Origin: a candidate division WOR-3 bacterium
GTDB lineage: Bacteria; Hydrothermota; Hydrothermia; JBDRYB01
Direction of reading: 5' to 3'
Assembly (NCBI GenBank): GCA_049969615.1
Contig: JBMFOM010000039.1
Coordinates: forward strand, 1 to 15,477
DNA: 15,477 nucleotides
Shown here in pieces: positions 8,696 to 15,477 of this stretch (positions are counted from its first letter, which is position 1; each line of letters starts with the position of its first letter). The translations under genes and the position numbers were made by a program. The notes under the pieces were generated by a model. It was not told where the DNA came from and did no database searches. It worked only from the letters and a program-made list of their open reading frames with translations.

Positions 8696-8858
8696 CCTTA
8701 TCTTCCTCCACCTTGGCTCTCCCAAGCTTGACCCTCTTGCCTATGAGCTCAATGTAGAAACCGCAGGAGGGGTTTGAACAGATCCACGCTGAGGCTTCCT
8801 CGGTGTCAAGGGGCAAAAGTTCGCCTCTCTCGCATAGCTTGCATTTCGGGTATTCCAT
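8670..8858 (-). CDS. Small putative Zn-ribbon protein (62 aa), function unknown
   Basis: MEYPKCKLCERGELLPLDTEEASAWICSNPSCGFYIELIGKRVKLG...: CxxC plus CxxxxC. ATG 8858 is preceded by GGAGGA. It fills the gap between the lipoprotein and macrodomain genes. Confidence 0.75.
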   Translation of the reverse strand: MEYPKCKLCERGELLPLDTEEASAWICSNPSCGFYIELIGKRVKLGRAKVEEDKGEDTDKKG

Positions 8859-8877
8859 AAATTCCTCCGTTTTTGTC

Positions 8878-9822
8878 CTATTGAACATACAGCGGCACCG
8901 CGGCCATCTTTCCCACGAGCATAGCTCCGGATGAGCCAAGCCCGTGAAAATCCTTCTTATCAAGGGCCGATATTCCAACGGCCCCCCGTGGAGGCAGAAC
9001 ATAACTGCCGGGGACAGTGCCCGTATCAGGATACAACAGATTTTCGGTGTAGAACGAGTATACCGGATCGTGTCCCACTATATCGTGGTTGTCGTAATAA
9101 GCGAGTTCCTTTGCCATCGGGATAAGATTCGTGTTCCAGCGGACAACGAGATCCGAATATGCAGGAACCGTGTCCCAGGCGGAAGGATCCTCAACAATAA
9201 CATGATATGAAGACATCCGAATGGTATCCACACCGTATCTTCCGAGGTAGAGGACCTTTATCCTGTAGGTTTTGCCCTGATGAAGGGGAAGTTCCTTTGC
9301 CCAGAGAGCCGAAGCGGTCGTCATTGTATCAACGAGAGTGTCCACACCTGAGATCAGATATACGCTGGCTCCGGGGATAAACGGGCCACCCGCGCTGTCC
9401 TGGCGAACCTCAAGCCTAAGCCACCCTGTCTGGGGGAATGGCGCGGAAGTGTCTGTCATGATGAGCCTGCCGGAGATGAATAGGTCGTGCGAACCTATTG
9501 GCTCCTTGACCACCACAAACGCGGAGTCCCTTATATCTTGATAGGAGGCCCTGAGATAGGCATAGCCGGGTTTCCAAGCCTCAACAACGCCCCACTGGTC
9601 AACCGTGATGATGGAAGTATCGGAAACATCCCAGGCCACGGTCGCTCCGGGCACGGGGTCGCCATACTGATCGATCACGGTGGCAGTAAAATGGGTGCCC
9701 TCGCCAGGGTTCAGGGTGTCGGTTTTCGGCTCTATGTTTATGTAGAACGGCCTAGGTTCCTCCCTATTACAGGAAGCAATCGCCAAGATAACCAAGGCAA
9801 CGGAACCGGCTAACTTCCTCAC
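8878..9822 (-). CDS. Lipoprotein with N-terminal bacterial Ig-like (Big_2-type) domain
   Basis: GTG 9822 gives MRKLAGSVALVILAIASC (lipobox IAS-C). The segment FTATVIDQYGDPV...VAWDVSDTSIITVDQWGVVEA matches the Big_2 pattern. 314 aa. Confidence 0.8.
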   Translation of the reverse strand: MRKLAGSVALVILAIASCNREEPRPFYINIEPKTDTLNPGEGTHFTATVIDQYGDPVPGATVAWDVSDTSIITVDQWGVVEAWKPGYAYLRASYQDIRDSAFVVVKEPIGSHDLFISGRLIMTDTSAPFPQTGWLRLEVRQDSAGGPFIPGASVYLISGVDTLVDTMTTASALWAKELPLHQGKTYRIKVLYLGRYGVDTIRMSSYHVIVEDPSAWDTVPAYSDLVVRWNTNLIPMAKELAYYDNHDIVGHDPVYSFYTENLLYPDTGTVPGSYVLPPRGAVGISALDKKDFHGLGSSGAMLVGKMAAVPLYVQ

Positions 9823-9858
9823 TATAATATGATAAAGCAGGAACGCAGGAAAGTTCAA
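9823..9858 (-). promoter_or_regulatory. Putative sigma70 promoter for the minus-strand four-gene unit (likely leaderless)
   Basis: On the minus strand: TTGAAC-18 nt-TATCAT-6 nt-GTG start, no SD. Confidence 0.55.
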
Positions 9859-9954
9859 TGAGCACAAAAAGGGAACCAGAAGGGCTTCAGATTTTTCGGC
9901 AGGTTGCGGGGATTGAATTATCAAGGGATTAATGCGTATAAGATTACCCAACGT

Positions 9955-9991
9955 GATTTTGGGACCCAGCCGCCGCAAAATCTGGGGTCCC
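9955..9991. repeat. Small palindromic REP-like element
   Basis: GATTTTGGGACCCAGCCGCCGCAAAATCTGGGGTCCC has two alternative stems (GATTTTG/CAAAATC and GGGACCC/GGGTCCC). Inverted partial copies lie at 4154-4173 and 13792-13804. Confidence 0.55.
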
Positions 9992-10040
9992 TAAGAAACT
10001 AGAGGCATTGCCCCGGATCCGTTCAGTCTTCCTGGATACC

Positions 10041-10081
10041 CAAATAAATGATCCTACACAGAAAATGGGTTATAATTTCTA
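10041..10081 (+). promoter_or_regulatory. 41-bp promoter-like cassette, copy 2 (upstream of ddl)
   Basis: CAAATAAATGATCCTACACAGAAAATGGGTTATAATTTCTA. TATAAT at 10071-10076. One mismatch versus 4174-4214. Confidence 0.8.
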
Positions 10082-10086
10082 CTTAG

Positions 10087-11046
10087 ATGATGGAAAGAGA
10101 CGCTTTGCTCACGCGCCTTCACGGCAAACGAGTCTGCGTGCTCGTGGGAGGGCCATCCGGGGAAGCCGAGGTCTCGCGGCGATCAGGCGCGAAGATGAAC
10201 GAGGCTCTCCTGAGGCAAGGGATTGACTCTTTCATTCTGGAGATGGAAGGGGATTTTATCGGCAGGATCAAGATGGAGAAAACCGACATAGTCTGCGTAA
10301 TGCTCCACGGAACCCCAGGCGAGGACGGGACAGTCCAGGCCGCACTGGAACTCGCTGAAATACCATACACGGGTTCGGATCACTTTGCCTCCGCGTTTGC
10401 CATGGACAAACTGGTCGCGAAGTGGAGTTTCATATCTAATGGTATTCCAACGCCCCAATATGTATTTCCGGAAACCGGCGAGAGCCCTGCGGGTTTTGCT
10501 AATAGGGTAAAGGAGGCTCTGGGACTTCCGTGTGTGCTGAAACCAAGAAGGGAGGGGTCATCCCTGGGGGTCATCATAGCCCATGACGAGGATGAACTGG
10601 CAAAGGGTCTTGTGGAAATGCATCGGTGGTATCCTCTGGTTTTCGCCGAAAGATTCATCTCTGGCAAGACCATAACCTGCGGGGTCCTGGGAACAGGGGA
10701 GTCTGCTTTCGCGGTTCCCGCGCTTGAACTCAGGGTCAAGGAAAGGGAGTTCTATGACTACACAGCCAAATACACGAAGGGTATGACGGATTTCATAATA
10801 CCGGCCGAACTGCCTACCCGGCTATACCAAAGGGTTCAATCGCTCGCGGTGAGCGCGCACAACCTCCTGGGCTGTAAGACATTTTCAAGGGTGGATTTCG
10901 TTGTTTCGGATGAAGAGGCATACATACTTGAGGTCAACACTATACCGGGAATGACCGATCTATCAGACTTGCCGGCCGAAGCCGCGGCCTGCGGCATTGA
11001 TTACGACCTGCTCGCGCTGTTCATAGTGGCCTCGGCTATAAGCTGA
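10087..11046 (+). CDS. ddl: D-alanine--D-alanine ligase
   Basis: VLVGGPSGEAEVS, LHGTPGEDGTVQ, IPYTGS, MDK, KP..EGSSLGV, FYDYTAKY (Tyr-containing omega loop, D-Ala-D-Ala type), EVNTIPGMT. Confidence 0.96.
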   Translation: MMERDALLTRLHGKRVCVLVGGPSGEAEVSRRSGAKMNEALLRQGIDSFILEMEGDFIGRIKMEKTDIVCVMLHGTPGEDGTVQAALELAEIPYTGSDHFASAFAMDKLVAKWSFISNGIPTPQYVFPETGESPAGFANRVKEALGLPCVLKPRREGSSLGVIIAHDEDELAKGLVEMHRWYPLVFAERFISGKTITCGVLGTGESAFAVPALELRVKEREFYDYTAKYTKGMTDFIIPAELPTRLYQRVQSLAVSAHNLLGCKTFSRVDFVVSDEEAYILEVNTIPGMTDLSDLPAEAAACGIDYDLLALFIVASAIS

Positions 11047-11082
11047 TATCAGGGTCTCTGATGCCTTAAAATGTTCAGACCT

Positions 11083-13842
11083 ATGAAAAAGTGGGTTTAT
11101 TTCTTCTCTCAGAACCTCGCCGAAGGAAACGCTGGAATGCGAGAGATACTCGGCGGAAAAGGCGCTGGGCTCCACGAGATGTGCCGTATAGGACTGCCCA
11201 TTCCCCCCGGTTTTACAATAACCACGGAGGCTTGCGTCTATTATTTCCAGAACAATAATAAGTGGCCGAATGGACTGAGGGAGCAGCTTGCAGAAGCAAT
11301 GGCGAGGCTTGAAGAGGTAACAGGAAAAAAGTTCGGTAGCCCCAAAAACCCTCTCCTGGTTTCCGTGAGGTCTGGCGCCAGGGCATCCATGCCCGGCATG
11401 ATGGATACTATCCTGAACCTGGGCATAAACGAGGATATAGCGAGATCACTGGGCGAGATCACTGGCAACCCGAGGTTTGCCGCTGACAGCTACAGGCGAT
11501 TCATCGCCATGTTCGGAGATGTGGTTATGGGAATGAAGCCGCGGAAGGGAGAGATTGATCCCTTTGACGCTATAATGGACGAGATGAAGCACGAACGCGG
11601 CAAGAAGCTTGACACAGACCTCAGCGCCGATGAGCTGATGGAAATAGCGGCCCGGTTCCGAAAAGCCATAAAAGAGGCTCTCGGGGTGGAGATACCATCC
11701 AACCCACAAGAGCAGTTGGAGATGGCCATAAACGCTGTTTTTCGCTCCTGGATGAACGAGCGCGCTATTGAATACAGGCGCATATACAAGCTCCCGGATG
11801 ATTGGGGGACTGCCGTGAATGTCCAGACAATGGTCTTCGGGAATATGGGCGCGGATTCCGGAACCGGCGTCGCCTTCACGAGAAACCCCGCGACCGGCGA
11901 AAACGAGTTCTACGGGGAGTTCCTGATGAACGCTCAGGGAGAGGATGTGGTGGCTGGAACGAGGACTCCGGTGCCAATAGGAGAGCTGGCTGAATCCATG
12001 CCGGAGATATACCAACAACTGCTTGAGGTGAGGGCAGTGCTTGAACGCCATTACAGGGACATGCAGGACATTGAGTTCACTATAGAGCGAGGCAGACTCT
12101 ACATCCTGCAGACAAGGGCGGGGAAACGAACAGGCCTCGCCGCACTGAACATCGCCATTGACATGCTCGGCGAGGGCATAATTGACGAGAGGACGGCTGT
12201 TACCAGGATAGAACCTGACCAGATAACCACGCTTCTCAGGCCGGTCTTTGATGAGGGGGCGAGAAGGGAGGCGAGGGAAGAGGGAAGGCTCATCGCTACA
12301 GGGTTGCCAGCTGGGCCTGGGGCCGCGTCCGGAAGGGTCTGCTTTTTCTCAGACGAGGTTGAAAAAAGGAAAGGAGAATGGGGAGGGGTCATCCTGGTCA
12401 GAATAGAGACATCCCCGGAGGACATAAAGGGTATGGAGCTATCAGAGGGAATACTCACATCGCGTGGCGGAATGACATCTCACGCGGCCCTGGTTGCTCG
12501 CCAGAGGGGAAAGACATGCGTGGTGGGTTGTTCGGCCTTGGAGATTGATTACGGAAGGAGACAGATGCGGGTCGGGGATAAGGTTATAAGAGAGGGGGAT
12601 CAGATATCCATGGACGGTTCAACCGGAGAGGTCTTTCTGGGTGAGATAAAAACAAGACCATCTGAGGTGATGGAGGTGTTAATCCACAAGACCAGACCCC
12701 CGAATGATGCTCCGGTTTATCAGCGTTTCGGGAGGTTGATGGAGCTAGCGGACAGGTTTAGGCGCCTGCGGGTGAGGGCAAACGCGGACAGGCCTGAGGA
12801 GGCCGCCACGGCGATAACCCTTGGCGCGGAGGGTATAGGGCTTTGCAGGACAGAACACATGTTCTTTGAAGGGGAGCGCATAGATCACATGAGGGAGATG
12901 ATCCTCGCGGAGGACGAGGCCGAGAGGAGAAAGGCCCTGGAAAAATTGCTACCCCTCCAGAGAGAGGATTTCATAGGCATATTCAGGGCCATGGAGGGCA
13001 AGCCGGTGACGATAAGGACGCTTGATCCTCCCCTGCATGAGTTCCTGCCCAACAATGAGAAGGAACAGCGCGATCTGGCGGAGAAAACCGGGATACCATA
13101 CGAACGGATAAAAGCGAGGGTTGAGGAACTGCACGAGGCAAACCCCATGCTCGGGCACAGGGGCTGCAGGTTGGGGATAACTCACCCCGAGATAACCGAA
13201 ATGCAGGCAAGGGCGATATTTGAAGCCGCGTGTGTGGTCAAGAGGGAGGGCCTGGATGTCAAGCCTGAGGTAATGATTCCCCTAGTGGGCAACATAAACG
13301 AGTTTAGGAACCAAGAGGCAATAGTGCGAAGGGTGGCCGAGGAGGTTTTCGCGAGGGAGGGGATGAAGGTTGACTACGCTGTTGGCACTATGATTGAGCT
13401 CCCCCGCGCAGCCGTTATGGCCGATGAGATAGCCGCGGGCGCGGAGTTCTTCTCCTTTGGAACCAACGATCTGACCCAGACGGGCCTGGGCATGTCAAGG
13501 GATGACTACGGAAAGTTCATGCCGGACTACATAGCAAGGGGCATATTCAAGTTTGACCCGTTTATATCAATAGAGCCCGGAATCGGCGAGCTGGTGCGAA
13601 TAGGGGTCGTGAAGGGTAGGAAAACCAGGCCAGATCTAAAGATAGGGATATGCGGGGAACACGGCGGAGACCCTGACTCGGTTGAGTTCTGCCACAGGAT
13701 CGGCCTGGACTATGTATCGTGCTCGCCATTCAGGGTCCCTGTGGCCAGATTGGCCGCGGCGAGGGCCGCGGTGATGGAAGAAACAGAGTCGGGGTCCCAA
13801 AATCCGATAACCTCTGAGTGGTCCCGGGTGCCACAGGAATGA
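11083..13842 (+). CDS. ppdK: Pyruvate, phosphate dikinase
   Basis: [43 protein letters not shown], phospho-His motif [44 protein letters not shown]. Start is probably ATG 11083 (MKKWVYFF) rather than 11071. Confidence 0.98.
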   Translation: MKKWVYFFSQNLAEGNAGMREILGGKGAGLHEMCRIGLPIPPGFTITTEACVYYFQNNNKWPNGLREQLAEAMARLEEVTGKKFGSPKNPLLVSVRSGARASMPGMMDTILNLGINEDIARSLGEITGNPRFAADSYRRFIAMFGDVVMGMKPRKGEIDPFDAIMDEMKHERGKKLDTDLSADELMEIAARFRKAIKEALGVEIPSNPQEQLEMAINAVFRSWMNERAIEYRRIYKLPDDWGTAVNVQTMVFGNMGADSGTGVAFTRNPATGENEFYGEFLMNAQGEDVVAGTRTPVPIGELAESMPEIYQQLLEVRAVLERHYRDMQDIEFTIERGRLYILQTRAGKRTGLAALNIAIDMLGEGIIDERTAVTRIEPDQITTLLRPVFDEGARREAREEGRLIATGLPAGPGAASGRVCFFSDEVEKRKGEWGGVILVRIETSPEDIKGMELSEGILTSRGGMTSHAALVARQRGKTCVVGCSALEIDYGRRQMRVGDKVIREGDQISMDGSTGEVFLGEIKTRPSEVMEVLIHKTRPPNDAPVYQRFGRLMELADRFRRLRVRANADRPEEAATAITLGAEGIGLCRTEHMFFEGERIDHMREMILAEDEAERRKALEKLLPLQREDFIGIFRAMEGKPVTIRTLDPPLHEFLPNNEKEQRDLAEKTGIPYERIKARVEELHEANPMLGHRGCRLGITHPEITEMQARAIFEAACVVKREGLDVKPEVMIPLVGNINEFRNQEAIVRRVAEEVFAREGMKVDYAVGTMIELPRAAVMADEIAAGAEFFSFGTNDLTQTGLGMSRDDYGKFMPDYIARGIFKFDPFISIEPGIGELVRIGVVKGRKTRPDLKIGICGEHGGDPDSVEFCHRIGLDYVSCSPFRVPVARLAAARAAVMEETESGSQNPITSEWSRVPQE

Positions 13843-13899
13843 GGCGGCGAGGATCCGGCTATCCAGGGCCTCACGGCCCGAGAGGGACTTATTCATGAT

Positions 13900-13935
13900 A
13901 AAAAGCCCCCGGTTCGCCGGGGGCATTGTTTGTAT
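13900..13935. terminator. Intrinsic terminator between convergent ppdK and OMP genes, probably bidirectional
   Basis: GCCCCCGG-TTCG-CCGGGGGC (13905-13924), with an A-run on the left (U-tract on the minus strand) and ATTGTTTGT on the right. Confidence 0.85.
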
Positions 13936-13946
13936 CTGTCTTTCAG

Positions 13947-15299
13947 CTAGAAGAGATAAGCGGCTGAGACATTCAGGAATCCCATGTTGTCGTCTCCACC
14001 AAGGCCATAGAACCCGTGATAGAGGAACATAGGATCGAGGTTCCCATCAAGCCGGAAATTGCCCACCCTGAGTCCAAGTCCGACCCAGAATTGGAAATCA
14101 TCCGGTATAGTCTTGGTCTCGGTGGTCTTATCAGAGGGGCGTCCTGGCTGGTGATAATCAAGGGTTGTCGTCGTAACAACATTCCCGCCAATGGTCTTCT
14201 TCATCGCGCCGCGAAGGCATAGCCAGGTGAAGACCGGAACCTCCGCGCCCGTCACGAACATTATCCTCTTGACCGATGTGTTCTGGAGGGTATCAGTCAG
14301 AAGCGTATCCTGGGCCGTTGAGTCATGGTGATACTTCATGTTGTAATCGCGGCTGAACATGTTCCCGCCTAGGCCGGCCATGATGGTCATCCCCTCCACC
14401 GGATAGATGTTGAAACCGAGGCCAAAGGATATGTTTGAGCCCTTGTTTTCTATGTTGTAGCGGGAATCAGAGGGATCCACGGCATCTGAGTCAGGGAAAA
14501 CCCAGTGTTCGTATGAGGTGTCATCCGGGGTCACGGTTGAATAGTTGTCCATTCTGTAGCCGAACGCAGGGATGAGCGCGAACTTCTCGTTCAGGAAGTG
14601 AAAGGCCCTCATGTTGAAGAGCATGGAGCTCGCTCCGTCGGCCTCTTCCCATGACTTGTAGTAATATCTGTCCATCCTTTGGGTGGAGTCATCGGGGTCT
14701 ATGTATGTGAGTCTGTCCTCTTCAGTATAGGTGCTGTTGTAACCGTGCATGGCGTAGCCCACCGAGAGGTCAGCGAAGCTCTCTGTGCCATAATTCAGGG
14801 TGCCACCGAGCATAAAGGTCATGTTGGAGGTAGTGAAGTCTTCAGTGATCTTGACATTCATTGTGTCATCAAACCAGCCGGTTGGGAAAGTGGTGTCGGT
14901 TTCGGTCTTGTCAGACTCCTGGGAGTAATAGACCCCTGCTCCAAGGGACATTGAGCCAAAGGATTTGCCGCCTATGAGGCCAAAGCCCAGCTCGGGCTGT
15001 GGATAATCTGGCGGGACGCCCTCAAGGAGGGTGTTCCTCCTGAGATAAAGGCCAACACCCTGCCTTCCGGTCTCCTTCTCGCCTCCTGTCCAGAACACGC
15101 CAGCGTATCTCGGAGCCATGCTTACATCGCCCAGCTCAAAGAGATACATGCTTTGAACCTGGGTTATGACCGAGGGATAATAGAGCACGAGGAACTCGTC
15201 TTGCAGGAACCCCGGCTCGTATCCCATTGTCATTACCCTTGTCTCCGTCGCGTAGGCCAAGCCCATAGCCAGGCCTACAACGGCCAGCAATTTCTTCAT
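13947..15299 (-). CDS. Outer-membrane beta-barrel protein of unknown function
   Basis: 450 aa. Signal peptide MKKLLAVVGLAMGLAYA, alternating amphipathic strands (e.g. FQFWVGLGLRV, ISFGLGFNIY), C-terminal aromatic signature VSAAYLF, strong SD AAGGAGG. Confidence 0.8.
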   Translation of the reverse strand: MKKLLAVVGLAMGLAYATETRVMTMGYEPGFLQDEFLVLYYPSVITQVQSMYLFELGDVSMAPRYAGVFWTGGEKETGRQGVGLYLRRNTLLEGVPPDYPQPELGFGLIGGKSFGSMSLGAGVYYSQESDKTETDTTFPTGWFDDTMNVKITEDFTTSNMTFMLGGTLNYGTESFADLSVGYAMHGYNSTYTEEDRLTYIDPDDSTQRMDRYYYKSWEEADGASSMLFNMRAFHFLNEKFALIPAFGYRMDNYSTVTPDDTSYEHWVFPDSDAVDPSDSRYNIENKGSNISFGLGFNIYPVEGMTIMAGLGGNMFSRDYNMKYHHDSTAQDTLLTDTLQNTSVKRIMFVTGAEVPVFTWLCLRGAMKKTIGGNVVTTTTLDYHQPGRPSDKTTETKTIPDDFQFWVGLGLRVGNFRLDGNLDPMFLYHGFYGLGGDDNMGFLNVSAAYLF

Positions 15300-15330
15300 G
15301 GTTCCTCCTTTTGCAAAAATGAAACCTGTT

Positions 15331-15374
15331 TCTTAAAGTCTTAAAGTTTAAACTAGGCGCCCGGGATTCTGCAA
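15331..15374 (-). promoter_or_regulatory. Putative promoter of the OMP gene
   Basis: Minus strand TTGCAG (15374-15369)-18 nt-TAAACT (15350-15345), followed by a tandem 8-mer (TCTTAAAG x2 on plus, 15331-15346). Confidence 0.4.
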
Positions 15375-15440
15375 CAAGGAAACACGGTTGTGATCCTTTC
15401 CCCGGCTGTCCTCTAGCTGGCCCCTGATTGACCACTTGCC

Positions 15441-15477
15441 TTATTCTCTGGGTATGAAGGAGAGGACCAGAAGGATA
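15441..15477 (-). CDS. Possible 3' end of an upstream membrane-protein gene (...ILLVLSFIPRE*)
   Basis: Open hydrophobic minus-strand frame from the window edge to TAA at 15443-15441. Very short. Confidence 0.25.
   Translation of the reverse strand, partial: ILLVLSFIPRE

Noticed and set aside
5857-8777. Long antisense ORFs (e.g. 5857-6447, 6796-7191, 7816-8259, 8352-8777)
   Set aside because: They are shadow frames opposite genuine genes, with Ser/Ala-rich composition typical of antisense translation.
9823-9978. 52-residue N-terminal extension of the lipoprotein ORF
   Set aside because: It covers the putative promoter and a palindromic repeat; the signal peptide and lipobox start at GTG 9822.
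10087-11046. Van-type D-Ala-D-Lac ligase or glycopeptide resistance
   Set aside because: The omega loop is YDYTAKY (D-Ala-D-Ala type) and there are no vanH/vanX/vanRS neighbours.

Overview
Mostly chromosomal housekeeping and envelope DNA from a diderm bacterium; the exported proteins look FCB-group-like, but this is only an inference. The plus strand carries a truA-tal-htrA-mlaD operon, an orphan rhaD-like class II aldolase, ddl and ppdK. The minus strand carries a tightly coupled four-gene unit (Ig-like lipoprotein, 62-aa Zn-ribbon protein, macrodomain protein, ~1000-aa DUF4175-like coiled-coil membrane protein) and an outer-membrane beta-barrel gene. The most interesting signals lie outside the ORF track. 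(1) A decayed IS200/IS605-type Y1 HUH transposase fragment (74-283) runs directly into a nested inverted array of four hairpins with compensatory stem changes (271-432, REPIN/PATE-like). (2) A 41-bp promoter-like cassette is duplicated almost exactly (40/41) upstream of rhaD and ddl, 5.9 kb apart, each copy near a piece of a small palindromic repeat. (3) Leaderless-type promoter/start architecture recurs. (4) There is a probable CTG start codon and a probable TAG at a Gln position near the end of rhaD. (5) The D-(S/T)-(A/I/L/V/M/T) O-glycosylation sequon is enriched in three exported proteins. No CRISPR array, tRNA, rRNA or intact mobile element was found.
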